Notes: a model not told the origin generated them from the sequence alone. Counted from the first letter of the stretch, positions 50,231-63,841 are shown. The stretch is DNA of 64,000 nucleotides from Antechinus flavipes (GCF_016432865.1 NC_067401.1:443486001-443550000), one strand, 5' to 3'. Made by a program: numbers and translations.

Positions 50231-50989
50231 AAGATCTATGGTTTCTTCAGGGGCAAGGACTCCCAGTGTGGGAACTTCATCAAGTAAGAGATCTCAGTCT
50301 AATAATGATTTAATAGATTAGTCTGAGGGATTTTCCTTAGGCAAAGAAGTTAAAGAATTGTCCCAAGTTGGTAATGTCGGAGAAGAAAGATATCATTTCT
50401 ACTCAAATAAATATAACAAATCGAGTCCCTATAACAATATAAATGAATAAATCACTGAATAAAAGTAAGTCCCTAAGAAATGCAAAAAACAGATAAGGGC
50501 ATATCTCTTTCTTCAATGACAGAGAAATGGGGAAATCACTAAAGCTCCAATCTATCCTCCATACAATTTTTAAGGTGATTTTCCTAAAAATTAGTTCTGA
50601 CTTTGTTGATCCAGAACTCAAGAAATTCCAGTGTCTCCCCACTGCTTCAAATGTATAAACATACTCTTTTCTTTGGTTTTTCAAGTCCTTTACAAAATGT
50701 GTCCAATCTACCTTTCCAACTTTATTATATGTTTTTCCCATTTTCACTGTACAATGCAGCTAAACTACCTTTCTTGTTGTTTTTTTACATATGATGTTAT
50801 TCTTATCCATGTGCCTTTGCACTGATAATCTCTTACTCCTGGAATATACTCCCTCTTCACCTCCACCCTTTAGAAACTCTAATTTCCTGGAAAAACTCAA
50901 TTCATGTGTCATCTTCTACATAAGATCTTTACTTTTTCCCCATCCCTCACCCCAACTCCTATAATCTACCCTAATGCTATTGCCTTGTA

Positions 50990-51788
50990 TAGACATATCT
51001 CATTTTATTGTACTTCATTTTATCATGCTTCATATTTTTTTTTTTACAAATTTAAAGTTTGTGATAAGTCTGCATCAAATCCTATCAGTGCCATTTTCCC
51101 AAAAGCATATGCTCACATTGTATCTTTATGTCACATTCTGGTAATTCTTGCAATATTTCAAACTTTTTGTTAAGATGTTTGTTAAGATGAATAAGATGTT
51201 AAGAATGTGAGCAATGATATTTGATGTTACTCTTGTATATATTTGGAGGCGCCATGAACCTTGTCCATTTAAGACAATGAATTAATTAATAAATGTCAGA
51301 AGTGTTCTGATGAATCCATCAATTGGCCATTCCCTCATCTCCTTCCCTCTCCTCAGGCTTCCCTATTCCCTGAGATATAATAACATTGAAATTAGACCAA
51401 CTAATAATTCTACAATAGCCTTTCAATGTTCAAATAAAAGAAAGAATCAACCAATTTGGCAAATCTCATTGCTGTTTAACAGTCACCCCAATCTTCAGCA
51501 ACCACTACCCTGAACAGTCAGCAGCCATTAACATTGAGGCAGGACCTTCAACCAACTAAAAGATTATGACTCACTAAAGTCTTAGATAATAGTTTACACT
51601 TTTTTTTTTAGCAATAAAGTATTTATAAACCATATACATTAGGGGTTTTTTGCACACCATTTCATACTTAATAGACTATAGTATAGTATAAACAAAACTT
51701 TTATACACTGGGAAACCAAAAAATGCATGTGACTAGCTTTATTGTGGTGGTCTGGAATCAAAGCTGCAATATATACAAGGTTTATCTG
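50990..51788 (+). mobile_element. Non-autonomous, internally deleted Tigger1 derivative (Tc1/mariner-pogo)
   Basis: Both ends match Tigger1 (tagacatatctcattttattg... and ...caatatatacaaggtttatctg), with TA at the left end. The transposase start region is fused directly to its 3' end. Confidence 0.85.
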
Positions 51789-54589
51789 TTTTTATTTTAG
51801 ATGTGTTTTGTATTTTTGTTTCACAGTTTATCATGGTTAAAAAATTATTTTCATCACAAAATAATAAATTTCTACATCCTGAGTTGTTCTGTTCCTTGGA
51901 AAGCAGACTCAGTCTCTTGCTGGGGCTACTGTAGAGGTATTCCATCATGGAGAGCTTAAGAGATCTTATATTCCTCTGGCATTACCTTTGAGAACCCAGA
52001 ACCACCCCAATATCACAGAGACACAAAAATTGGACTTTGGGTAAACTACCACCTGTAAAATTATGGGATGGTCTTTCGTGGATGGTTTATAGGCTTCATT
52101 TTTGGGAAAAGTATCAAAGCCATGACATCATAAATCTATTTGAATGTGTTTAAATATACACATGTTGTTTATTAATAGAATATAAGCTCTTTGAGGGCTG
52201 AGAATATTTGATTTTGGAGGCAGAAGGAGTCTTTATATTACCAACCACTAGTACAGTGCCTGGCACATAATGGACTCTCAATAAATGTTTATAGACTATC
52301 ATATGCGTTGTCTGACATGCCATTTGTATTGGAGAGTTTTATTTAATGTTATTTTTCTTTGTTGCAAGGGATGATTCAATTTGGAAGGGGACAGAAATAT
52401 ATGGTCCAAAAGCTAAAACAAAAAACAAACATTGGCAGTTTTACAGCATTGGAAGCATGAGTTGTATTTCTCCATAAGTGTTGGACATACAGAATACCTT
52501 AAGCTTCTCTTTAAGCAGTATTGCTCCTTCCACTGGGTGTGTGTGAATATGTGGTAGAGAGACTTCAAAGATTATAAAGGACTACTTTATTATTTTTATA
52601 CCTTTTTTATGAAATTGCCTTGTTATCAGTTAAGTGTAAGCCCTAACTGATGAATAACCCCATTGGAGGATCTCATGATTTATGATTTGCAGGGCATCTG
52701 ACCCACAGAGGACATAGAACCTTCCCTAAAGGAAAACCTGATAGAGATGGACTCATGAAATACCCTCCCCATTTGTGGAGATGACTCCCAAATCTATATT
52801 TTTATCCCCTATCCCTCAGTTTTCTCACTTCACTGAATCTCAAACGCAACACTGAACTCCAAAATTGAATTTATTTCTCACCTGTCCCCAAATGTACTTC
52901 TCTTTTATACTTATTTCTATCACCATCTTCTTTTCCTCAACCACTTAGACACAAAACCTCAGGGTTATCTCTGTCACTTCTTTTTCAAATCTAATCATAA
53001 TGTGCCAGTTTGACCTCAGCAAGATCCTTGGTATCTACCTTTTCCTTTCTATTCTTGACACCACCTTAATTCAGACTTTCATTACTTTGTGCTCAGACTA
53101 TGGCTACAGATTGCCAACTAGTCTCTTTAATTCTAGTTTTTCTATCCACTCTTTTTCCAGAGCTGTCTTCCTTATGTTTAGACATAATCATAATCATAGA
53201 CATGCACAAAGTATAGGTTGTTTTAGCTCAAGGGTTTCAGCACACTCTGCCCACACTCAATTCACCTATGGATAGGTTTACTATTTTTTGCTCTTTTGTT
53301 CATAACTTTTCAGTGGCTCTTTATCGTCTGCTGAATAAAGTCTGACCTTAAAGAATAATAATCTATGTGTCATAATGGCCATCCAAAACCCCAGGTTTTG
53401 ATATTTTAAAATTATTTTTGATAAGAAAAACTTCTTCCTTGGATCTCACATAGTACTTTCTTATTTCCTCTCCTGGATTGAAAACGCCATAAGGAAAGGG
53501 ATTCAGTTCTGTACATCTTTGCATGATAGTGCATACATGGTAGTCATTTAATACATTTTATTGATGTGCATCTGTCAATTGAGAGGCAAGATTGTTTAAG
53601 GGATGGTGTACTGGGATACTTATTAGCTCTGGGACCCTAGAAAAATTTATGTTTCTTTCAGTCTCATTTTCTACTTCTATAAAAGGAAGTTATAATAAAA
53701 GCAACCTACCTCCCAGAATTGCTGTGAGGATCAAAAGGGATAATGCACATAAAATGCTTTACAAATCTTAAAGTAAATACTCTAGTCACTCCTATTATCT
53801 TCAAGAGCTTTTCTTTATCTTCATAGTCTTTCATACCAAACCTCTCCTAACTTTCCAGTTCTCTTTTACCTTAGCGCCCAACACATACTCTTCAATATGG
53901 TGACACTGAGCTGCTGCATGATCCATTAACAAGGCACTTCATCTCCCAGCTCCAGGCTTTTTCTCTGTCTCCCATTCCTATCCACCTCAATACCTATTGT
54001 CTTCCCCTTAGCTTCCTTCAAGTCCCAACTAAAATCCCAATTCATAAAGGGAATTTCTTCCAACCCCTCTTAAGTCTGTTTTTCCCTTTTTATTTATTTC
54101 TAATTTATCCTCTACATGACTTGTTTGTACTTTTTGTTTGTATTTATTTGCTTATTGTCTCTCCCATTCAATTGTGAGAGATCCTTGAGGGTCTCTTGTC
54201 CCTCTTTATACCCCCTACCTTCTGTGCTTAGCACAATGCCTGTCACATGGTAAGCAATTGGTAAATGTTTATACATTTTCATTCAAAATGTTTCAAAATA
54301 AAACAATGAAAGTATTATGTACATATTAGGTATCGTTATCCATTTGAATGTTTAATCATATTTTGCCTTTCATTAATATATTTTTATAGTGTCTCCTTAG
54401 TGTGATTTTAAGAAAGATAATTTTCAGTCTGGGGATAACAGGTGGCTTGGAATCAGAGAATCTCAAAGTTGGAAGAGATCCCAGAGATCACCTTTTACAA
54501 TTCCCAATTGAAACATGAATTCCCTTTATCACACGTCAGATATGTAGTCCATCTAACCTCCACTTAAAGAACTCTTATTGATGAACTCA

Positions 54590-55700
54590 TTCATTTTCCT
54601 CCTAAACCACCTCCTCATCTCTCTGGTCATTCACATTTACAAACTTGGAGTCTTCCTCAGCTGCTTACTCTCCCTTACCTCACATATGCAATCAGTTACT
54701 CAGTCTTTCTGAGTCTATCTCCATAGTATCTCTCGCATAGGTTCCCCTTTCTCTGCTAGTTCAGCTACCTTGCCTAACCTAAGTCTTCAAGTTGTTCTTT
54801 CTGTCTTAAGTCTCTTTTTTTCTCCAATTCATTCTTCACACAACTACCAAAGTAATATTCTAAAAATGTGTGCCTGACCATATCATTTCCTTATCAAGAA
54901 ACTCCAGGGCTTGATAAAATACAAACTATTCTTGTTCAATTGTATTTAACTTTTTGTGACCCCATTTGGGATTTTCTTGGCAAAAAATACTGGAACAATT
55001 TGCCATTTCATTCTTCAGCTAATTTTACAGATGGGGAAACTAAGACAAGAAGGGTGAAGTGATTTGTCCAGGCTTGATTTGGATACAGGAAGGTGAGTAT
55101 TCTTGATAGTAAGGCTAGTACTCTATCCATTTCTCCACCTAAATGTTCAAACTATTTATTCTTTTTGACATGTAAAGTTCTTCACAACCTGATTCTACCC
55201 TACCTTTCAGCATTATTATACATTACTCTCACTCACATACTCTAAATGCACTGCTCTTCTCATCCCTTCTCCCATCTCCTCACCTGGTACATATTTGGTC
55301 CTCACTTCTACATCATAGAATCCTTGATTTCAATAATAATAATAATAATAATAATAGTTATGATGATAATAATTATTGGGAAAGCAATTGTTTTTATCAT
55401 TATTATCATAAGTAACATTTATATAATGTATCCTTCAAAACTCAATTCAAATGTCACCTCCCATATATGGCCTTTTCTCATCCCCATCAGCTCTTAGTGC
55501 TTCTCTCCCCCACTAAAAAAATTTATATTTCTTTTTACTATATTTTTACTATATATTTCATGTTATGTTTATGGGTGTCTAAGTTGTCTCCTCTCTTTGT
55601 AAGGTCCTAAAGGACAGGGACTGCTTTATTTTGCTTTTGTATTCTCAATATCTAGTCTAGCCCTGGCATTTAGCAAGTGATTAATAAAAGTTTATTGATT
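54590..55700 (+). mobile_element. L2 3' region, interrupted by Mar1 and (AAT)n
   Basis: Pyrimidine-rich L2 body ending in ctggcatttagcaagtgattaataaa. Confidence 0.65.
54925..55145 (-). mobile_element. Mar1 SINE
   Basis: gacccatttgggattttcttggcaaaaaatactggaac...ttgccatttc. Confidence 0.75.
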
Positions 55701-56006
55701 GATTAGGACTGATCCTGTTTTCCACTATCATCTCTTTTTCAGACCAAACAACCCCACTTCTTTTTTACCAAGCCTTATGAAAAAACTATTTCAGTTTTCT
55801 ATACTAGCCTAAATAATTATTACCCAGAACTCAATGCAATATACCAAGTTTAGTCTGACTCAGAGTAAAGGGGAGGAGAATTTTCTCTGTTTTTCTGTGT
55901 CTCTGTCTCTCTTCCTCTCTCTATTTGTCTATGTCTTCCCTGTCTCTCTTTATTTATCTATATCTATGTGTCTCTGTCTCTCTATGTCTGTCTCTCTCTT
56001 TCATTT

Positions 56007-56007
<1 letters not shown>

Positions 56008-56051
<44 letters not shown>

Positions 56052-56054
56052 CAC
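56008..56054. repeat. (CA)n microsatellite preceded by a degenerate (TC)n tract
   Basis: Near-perfect run. Confidence 0.95.
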
Positions 56055-57119
56055 CTCTTCTTGTCTTAGATTCTATGATTCTCTTGAAGAAATCTATGAT
56101 ATCTTTTGTGACATGTTATTCAGTCACATTGAGATAAAAGGTCACTCAAATCCCCAGGTCTTAATTTTCTTCCCACACTGTTTTCCAGAGGAATAGAGTA
56201 AAAAGGGACTTTATGCATTTCTAGTGAGTCCAACCAAGGGAAAAAAAGAACTTTCATTGTCTTTTTAGTAGACATTGGGCTTTATTATGTATCCTATTTC
56301 CGACCCTACCTGAGCTCTGACCATAACTTCACTATGGCTTTTTCAATCTCTTGGGATGCATTGACGATTTACTGAACGTCCCATCAATTAGTAGAATTCA
56401 GTTTCAAGTGATAATAATTCTGATAAGGAAGGACTTCCCCTTCCACTAAGGCAGATGTTTCAAGCTGATAAATAAATAAAGAGGTTTTGAAATTACCAGA
56501 AAGAACATTTCCCCAATTTTCTCTAACAAACGTCCTCAGTAGAGTGTTAGATTATCATGTGACCGCAAACCCAGCAAGGAATTTTAATCCAACTTAGCCA
56601 ATAATTACTGAGCACATCTCAGGTACCCGGGCTTCTCTAACTGTTGACCAAATAGGAAGAAAGGATCTGTTTTCTATTACTCAACACAACAAGTGAGGAA
56701 TATAAAAGGGTGGCTGAGATGCTAGAGATTTTCAAGAACATATAGCCTATTAACATGGAAGACTAACAGTTTGGAGAATTGTTTACTAATATTTGTTTTC
56801 CTTTTTATCAGTTGTAATGAGGTCCAGGTTGGTATAATTAATCATTTTATTTAACTTGCAAATTTTTAAATAAGCAGCAGGAATTATGCAATTATAATTG
56901 TTGCTATTTAAGTGAATTTAATTTAATATCAATGACTGGGTGGCAGAGAGAGTGGAAAGAGTTAAGCACAGTGCCTGACACATAGTAGGTACTTAATAAA
57001 TGTTTATTATGATTGATCTCCATCTGTAAGCTTCCTTTAGGGTCCAGTTCAAATCCCACTTTCTACAAGGCTCTCTATATCCTCCTTCATGATAGTGCTT
57101 TCTGTCTGTGATTACACCT

Positions 57120-57290
57120 AATTATGACAGCCATCTCCAGTCATCCTGATCTATATCTGGTTCTACAGGAGAACGTGAGACTGGTAACTTTGGATAGCTC
57201 TCCCTCACTTAAATCCAATGCACTTTCATATCATAGCATCACCTCCCTGATGTCATGATCATATCTGAGAATGAAGAACAACAAACAAAT
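57120..57290 (+). mobile_element. RTE-related SINE 3' end
   Basis: ccatctccagtcatcctgatctatatc...ccctcacttaaatccaat, ending in a (CAA)-like tail. Confidence 0.65.
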
Positions 57291-58202
57291 TGTAGAGAAA
57301 GCATCAAGCTGCATTAATAGAGTTTCCATATCTGAGAGTTGCTTCTGTCAATGAAATCACAGGCCCATTCCCTATCCCCAACATACAAATATCCCCAATA
57401 TATGCTTATGTCTGTATGTATTTTGTAAATAAATAGACTTATAGATTTACATGTGTATATGTGTGTGTGTATGTGTAGATCCTTCAGAATATCTGGACTT
57501 CCTCATATCCATGATTTCCATGTCCAAGAAGCACTAGACTAGAACTCTTATCACACAGAAATCCCGGAGGGGATTGAGCCTTTTTGGGAGCCTCTTGTCT
57601 TTACAGTTTTATTACCCCCCAAATTCTAGCTTCCTAAAATTCTTAACCAAGATGAAAATAAGTCAAAAGACAATTATTTAAAACTTTCCATTTTTTTTTT
57701 CCCAGCTGTTGGCCTCAATAGTGCCAAAACCATCCTAGGGAAGGAGAGAGTTTTCTTCTGCTTGGATCCAGAGAGGAAGACTAAGAACAAGAGTTAAAAA
57801 TACCCAAGATGCAAATTTAGGATTTTTATCAAGAAATAGAATTCCTGATCATTAGAGCTACCCAAATGTAGAATGATGGTTCTTGTTCACTGGAGATCTA
57901 CCATAAAAGGCTAGAAGACTATTCACTGAGTATGTCATAATAAGAATTCTGTTCTAGATTTAGATTTGGATCTGTTGATTTCTAAGATCTCTTTCAACTC
58001 TGAGATTCTGGTATTCTGTGAGATAAGTACTCCTTTGATAGAATCCCAAGCTAGAGTGTAAGTTTCCATCTCGAGTGGACGTAACCTTCTGAGTTCTCCA
58101 CGACAAGGTCTCAGTCTTAAAAAAAACAGAAGAGTGTAGGGAGAAAAAAAGAAATGCTACCACAATACCAATTAGATGGATGTTCGGGAAGCCCTTTCTT
58201 AC

Positions 58203-58281
58203 CATTTTGAAACTGCTCAACTTCACAGAAGTGCATTCCATCAGGAGTGTTAATAAATGCATGGACGTGCTTCACTCCATT
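58203..58281 (-). CDS. UOX: Urate oxidase exon 4 (79 bp, ends phase 1)
   Basis: [26 protein letters not shown]+G. Acceptor ttctcgttttcag, donor ATG|gtaaga. Not in the ORF track. Confidence 0.97.
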
Positions 58282-58580
58282 CTGAAAACGAGAAAAATAT
58301 CCAATAAATTTTTAGCAGTAATCCGCATGCATTTTCTAAGTGCCAGACACTGTGCTAAATAACAGTCTCCATCTTTAAAGAGCTCACATTCTAGCAAGCA
58401 CAACACACACATAAATACATACAAAATAAATACATAAATACTAAGTAATATAAAGAGGCAATCACTGGCAGCTAAGAGAACCAGCAAGGGCCTTGTGGGG
58501 CAGGTGATGAATGAGCTGAGCCTGAATAACACAGGTAGTTTTAGATACATAAATTGGGAAATACAACTTATTGAGCTGAC

Positions 58581-58697
58581 CTTTTCCAAACGTTTCCAGG
58601 GAGCCTGTTCAATATAGACTTTGGCTCGAGTAACATGGTTAAATGAAGAAAGAAAGTGCTCACAAATATCCATGGCAAAGGTCTCTATGGTTTTGAT
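58581..58697 (-). CDS. UOX: Urate oxidase exon 3 (117 bp)
   Basis: [39 protein letters not shown]. Acceptor tttctctttgcag, donor AAG|gtcagc. Confidence 0.98.
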
Positions 58698-59277
58698 CTG
58701 CAAAGAGAAACAAAACAACAGATGACATGAAAACTGCTCCCAGGTAGACAACAACAATAACAGCAATAATCAAAGAGCTGCCACTATTATAGCCTACATT
58801 AATGATCTGCAACTTTCTTAGAGTCATGCAAAAGGAATTTTAGAAGGAGAGTGAATTCATTTCATAATTATCCATAGGAACTAGCTAGCATGGTGATACA
58901 GTAGAAGCTCTGGAGCCAGCAGACCTGTGTTCAAATCCCACTTCTGTCATTCTCTACATTGTAATTATGAGCAAGTCAATCTCCCTGAGCCTTAAGCTCT
59001 ATCTTTGTAAAATAAAATGAAGTTCTTAATATCAAAAAACATTTTCACTTTTTAAAATGGGTGGGGGAGGATAGAGGACTGACTAAACTGCTTCTAAAGT
59101 TAAAGTTTATAAAACATTTTCCTAATATAGGCTAGAGATGCATATCTGTTTCATAGATTATACAGTTTTAGACTTGGAGCTAGAAGGAACCTTATAGGAC
59201 ATTGAGTTTAACTCCATTTCATAGACAAGGAAACTGAGGATAAGTGATGTGTATGTGACTTGCTTAGGATCATACAG

Positions 59278-59522
59278 TTCAGTCATTTCATTTGTTTCTA
59301 ACTCTTCATGACCCTTTTTGGAGTTTACTTGGCAAAGATCCTGAAATGGTTTCCTTCTCCAGATCATTTTACAGTTGAGAAAATGGAGGGAAACAGGGTT
59401 AAATGACTTGTTGAGGGTCACACAGCTAGTAAGTGTCTGAGATAGAATTTGCACTCATGAAGATGAATCTTCTTGATTCCAAGCCCAGTGCTTTATGCAC
59501 TATGGAATCACCTCGCTGCTCC
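59278..59522 (-). mobile_element. Mar1 SINE
   Basis: actcttcatgaccc...ttggcaaagatcctgaaatggtttccttctcc...gtcacacagctagtaagtgtctgag. Confidence 0.75.
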
Positions 59523-60983
59523 TTATCATACAGCTAATAAGTATCTAGATAAAAAAAGACTTAAACTCAGGTCTTTCCAACTTGAAGTTGCTTCTTCTAC
59601 GCCTCATTGCTATGAACACCCAAATCGTGATATGGCCACCCTACTTGAGAATTTGAGTATTGAATGTTTCCTGACAACAATCCCATAATGCTCAAGTATT
59701 ATTGTTCCCTTTTTTATGGGGGAAGAAAGGGAGGCTCATTGAGATTAAGTGAATTGTCCCATGAACAAACAGATAATTAGTAAAACTGCCAGGTCTATCT
59801 CTTGTGTTCTGTTTTGATCTCCGGGGCTCCTTTAGCTATCCTTTAATTGGACTTCAGCTTTCTCCACTGGAGCCCACAGTCTTTGGAGCTGCCAAGAATG
59901 GTTAATAAAACATCTTTAACAGATGAGAATCTGTCCTATTTTTAAAAAAGAAGTCTCCCTTGAGCTTCTATAACACCCCCTCAGAAACCCATTCTGAGGG
60001 AGAGAGCATGGAGATGGATGGGTAGAAAAACAACTCCAAATACATGTCCTTCTGATGGCAGGCGGACAAGTGTGCTCTTCAAGTACAAATAGCTCAGGTT
60101 TTGTAGGACGATTTGCAGTTTAGCTACAGAACACTTTCCACCAAACAACCCAATAAGGTACACAGGAGACTGAGATTCAGAAAGGTTGTGAATTACCCAA
60201 GTGCGACACTGCTACTAAGCAGTGTGGGCTGAGATTCAACACCTGGTCTTTTAATTCCAAATTCAGGTCTGTTTCCATCGAACCCCCAGTTCATCTAATA
60301 CTGAGCATGACTGCTTGCAGTTTATGGGTAATTAATGGCAATGAGAGATGGGAGGGCTTAACAATTGGAACAAAGAGTTAAGAGAACTGAAGTAGAGTTT
60401 CCTAGCATTCTTTTTGTCAGAAGACAGGAAGTAGAAGTGGAGGAGGGGATGGTAATAGCCTTCAGAAAATACAAAATGTCAGAAATCTTAAGAGGATTTG
60501 AAGGGATTCTTGACAGAGCTACTTGGAGTGTTTACTTTAAAAAAAAAAATGTGAGAGGATTGAAAGGGATTCTGGAAAGAACAGCCCTGTTAGCTCACCA
60601 AAATCTCCCCCAGAACAATAGAATGTAAGGGTTGGAAGGAATCTCAGCATTCATCTGATTGACTCTTTGCCTGATCCCTTCTATGACATCCCAAGGAAGT
60701 AGCCATCCCAGGGCAACACAGTGGAAAGAATGCTGGATTTGGACTTGGGTACCTTGTTTCAAATTCCATCCCAGAAATATGTTGTCTGCTTGAATTTTGT
60801 CAAGGTCCACCTTTCTGGGTCACAGTTTTCTCATCTGTAAAATGTGGGGTTGTATTAAATGGTCTCTGAGATTCCTTTTCAAATTAATCTCCAGTAAGGA
60901 GAAATCTATTACCTCTTCCAGGCAGCCTGTTTCACTTTTGGTCTCAAAGTATTTGGAACTGGAAGTGATCTCAGAGAAGGAAG

Positions 60984-61060
60984 AAAGGAAGGAAGGAATG
61001 AAGGAAGGAAAGGAGATAAGGAGGGAAGAAGAGAAGAAGGGAGGGAGGGAGAGAGGGAGG
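60984..61060. repeat. (GGAA)n-like purine tract, UOX intron 2
   Basis: gaaaggaaggaaggaatgaaggaagg...gggagggagggagagag. Confidence 0.85.
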
Positions 61061-61148
61061 ACATTAAAAAGTCATGAGAACTCCAGGTATGCAAATAAGC
61101 AAGCCAAAACAAGCTGGAATATCACCAGAAAGCACATAGCAGACTCAC

Positions 61149-61367
61149 CCCTTTGAATTTTGCCAGAACATGGACGGTGTTCTTGATTGTATCTGTGGGA
61201 ATGATGTCAGAGTTGTCTCCAGAGAGGTAATCTTTCTTGGTCCTCAAAGTAAGCTGGACCGATGCTGCCACTTCCTTAATGCTATGGTATTTGCCATCGC
61301 GTTGGATGTGGAGAACTTTGACCATATCCTTTCCATATCCAGTGCGTACAAATTCCACATCCCCATT
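61149..61367 (-). CDS. UOX: Urate oxidase exon 2 (219 bp, phase 0/0)
   Basis: Translates [73 protein letters not shown]. Contains the uricase YGK (catalytic Lys) and PTDT (catalytic Thr) motifs. Acceptor tttttattatag, donor GGG|gtgagt. Confidence 0.98.
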
Positions 61368-62998
61368 CTATAATAAAAACAAATTTATTTCAGTTTCGTT
61401 AGATGATTGACATCCAGGGAGCCAGACAATGACAATCAAACAAGGCTTCACTTCTTAGTTGCGTTTTAGTTTTATATCCCTAGTCATTGGCATGGTACCT
61501 GGCACATAGTAGGCCTTTATTAAATGCTTGTTGATTATTGATGAAGGTTTATCCATGCCAGGTTTTCCTACAACTAATGACACAGGGTAAAATTCTGGAT
61601 GTCTATGGAACTGTTCTGCACAAAAATTAGTTAGGAATGAGGTCAAGTCTTCTGATTTCCCTATAGGAAACTCCTTGGTGAGAAAACACCCTGTACTAAT
61701 TAAAGGTGGCGGCCACTCCGCAACTTAGAGTTTTAGAGAATTGCCTAGACCAGCAGAAAGTTAAATGACTTGGCAAGGGTCACATAGTCAATAGTTGTCA
61801 TAGGTAAAACTTGAATATAAGTTGTCTCGCCTCTAAATTCTCAATTAACTGCAGGAGGAAAAAGTCTCAAAAGTGGATTAGTATATTAGTCTACATGCAA
61901 TGAGAGAAGTGTTTTATTCTGGTTTTGTTTCCCAGGATATAGTACTAAATAACAATTAAATGAGGAAGTGAACAAATAGCCTTTTACATACAGAGGTGGC
62001 TTAAAGGAGGTCTCCATTGACATCTAATGCAGGTTTGACTTGGTCACTTCCCAAATCAATAAACTCATTATTCTTGATCAAGTATATCCTCTTCTATTTG
62101 GTTTTTAAAGATTTTCACAACCTGATCCACCTGCCTGTGTAGACCCATTGTAATATTGCTCTCTTTGCTCCATTTTATGATCCAATCCAACTGGCTTTCT
62201 TCTTCTTTAAACACGGCACTCTTTCTTGGCCAGTGCTCACTCCACATAAACTCTTACCTTTTCTCCGATTTGAAGAATCCCTCACTTCCTACAAAATTCA
62301 GTTCAAGTACTGTCATCTACATGGAGATTATCCTGATTACCCCCAACTACTAGTGTAATACAGGGGATAATTTACTGGGCCTGGCGTCTGGAAAACTTGA
62401 GTTCAAATCCAATCTTACCTATGTCTGCTTTGATTTCCTCAACTGCAAAATGAGAATTGTGATAGCACCTACCTCAGAGAGTTGTGAGAAGCAAGTGAGA
62501 TAATCTTTGTCAAATGCTTAGCATGGTATCTGGTACATTGTGAATGCTGCAGAAATGCTTCTTTCCTTCCCCTCCCCTAAATTACTATATGCTTTATTTT
62601 TCCTTTTTTCTGTATGTACTTACATATCTTCCTTTCCCAACTGACTACTCTCCTGAACATCATCTCAGAAACTCATCGTCAGAGATCCCATCAGCTCTGA
62701 AACTCACAGCTCCTCAATACCTTCCTTCCCCTGAAACCCTTCCTTCTCCCTGATTGGAGAAAGTGGAAGCAGCCAGTGGAGAGATCCTTCCACTCCTCAT
62801 CTAAAGAGGATTCCCAGAGTAGTTATCTCAACCCTTCCCACCTGGCTTCTTCTTCTTTCCATGTGTTGGCTGTCCTCCCTTAAATTATGTGTTCCTTGAG
62901 GACAGAAACTGTCTTTTGCCTTACTTTGTATCCACACTGCTTAGCACAATGCTTAATACTAATAGGTCCTTAATAAAAATGTATTTACTGACTGACTG

Positions 62999-63029
<31 letters not shown>

Positions 63030-63841
63030 CATACACATATGTATGCACATATACATATGCACATACTTAATAGATACATTTATATGGCATGAATTGAAAG
63101 AAGGGTTCCGTCTCTTTTTTGACAGCTGTATACCTAGTGCTTAGCATAGTACTGGTACACAGTAGATGTTTAATAAATAATTGTTATTTGATTGAATACT
63201 AGCATAAAGTCTTTACCTCTGTCTCCCTAAAGACAGTTCTATTGCTCCAGACATGTCTGTGAGCACAAAAGAACGAAGCATCAGAAACTGAAGTAAAAAG
63301 GACACAGGAAGTCTAGAAACGCTTCAGAATTAGAGCCCAGACTGAAGAAAAGCTCCCTGCAGAAAGAAGACATTTTTCTTATGGATGTTTAATATAGATG
63401 ATGGATTTTTATTTCTCTAGTCTGAAAAGTAGGTGAGTGGGTGGTGTCTTATCTTCAGGCCAATTGAAGAATTATTAAGTCATTTGTTAGTTGAAACAGG
63501 TTATGTCTGTAAATTTAATGGTAGAACTGGTCTAGTCATACTTTAGAATAATAGACTTAGAGTTGGAAATGACACCCCAACCTACTCATTTTACTGACGA
63601 GAAGACTGAGACACATAGAGGAAAAGTGACGTCCAAGTTCCCATGGCCAGTAAGGAACAGAGTCAAGGCTCAAATTTAGGTTGTCTGCTCACAATCCCTG
63701 GCTCTCCCCATTATACCAAGATGGAGACTTTTTACCTTTGGTCACACTAGCTTATCTTGATTTATCAATCAACAATCAGAGAAGACCACAAAGCAATAAT
63801 TGGTCTGGTTGTACAGTCATGTGTTTGTGTGTATATGTAGT

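Noticed and set aside
58272-58766. 164-aa ORF, the longest in the track
   Set aside because: Only 58581-58697 is coding (UOX exon 3). The rest is intronic read-through including L2-derived sequence.
60491-60573. Two ~20-bp similar units (agaggatttgaagggattct / agaggattgaaagggattct)
   Set aside because: Short, purine-rich and next to MIR3/L3-type sequence. Trivial local duplication.
63720-63810. Donor-like CAAAG|gtaaaa with an upstream ATG as a possible UOX exon 1
   Set aside because: There is an in-frame TGA two codons before the donor, and the upstream ATG frame also terminates.
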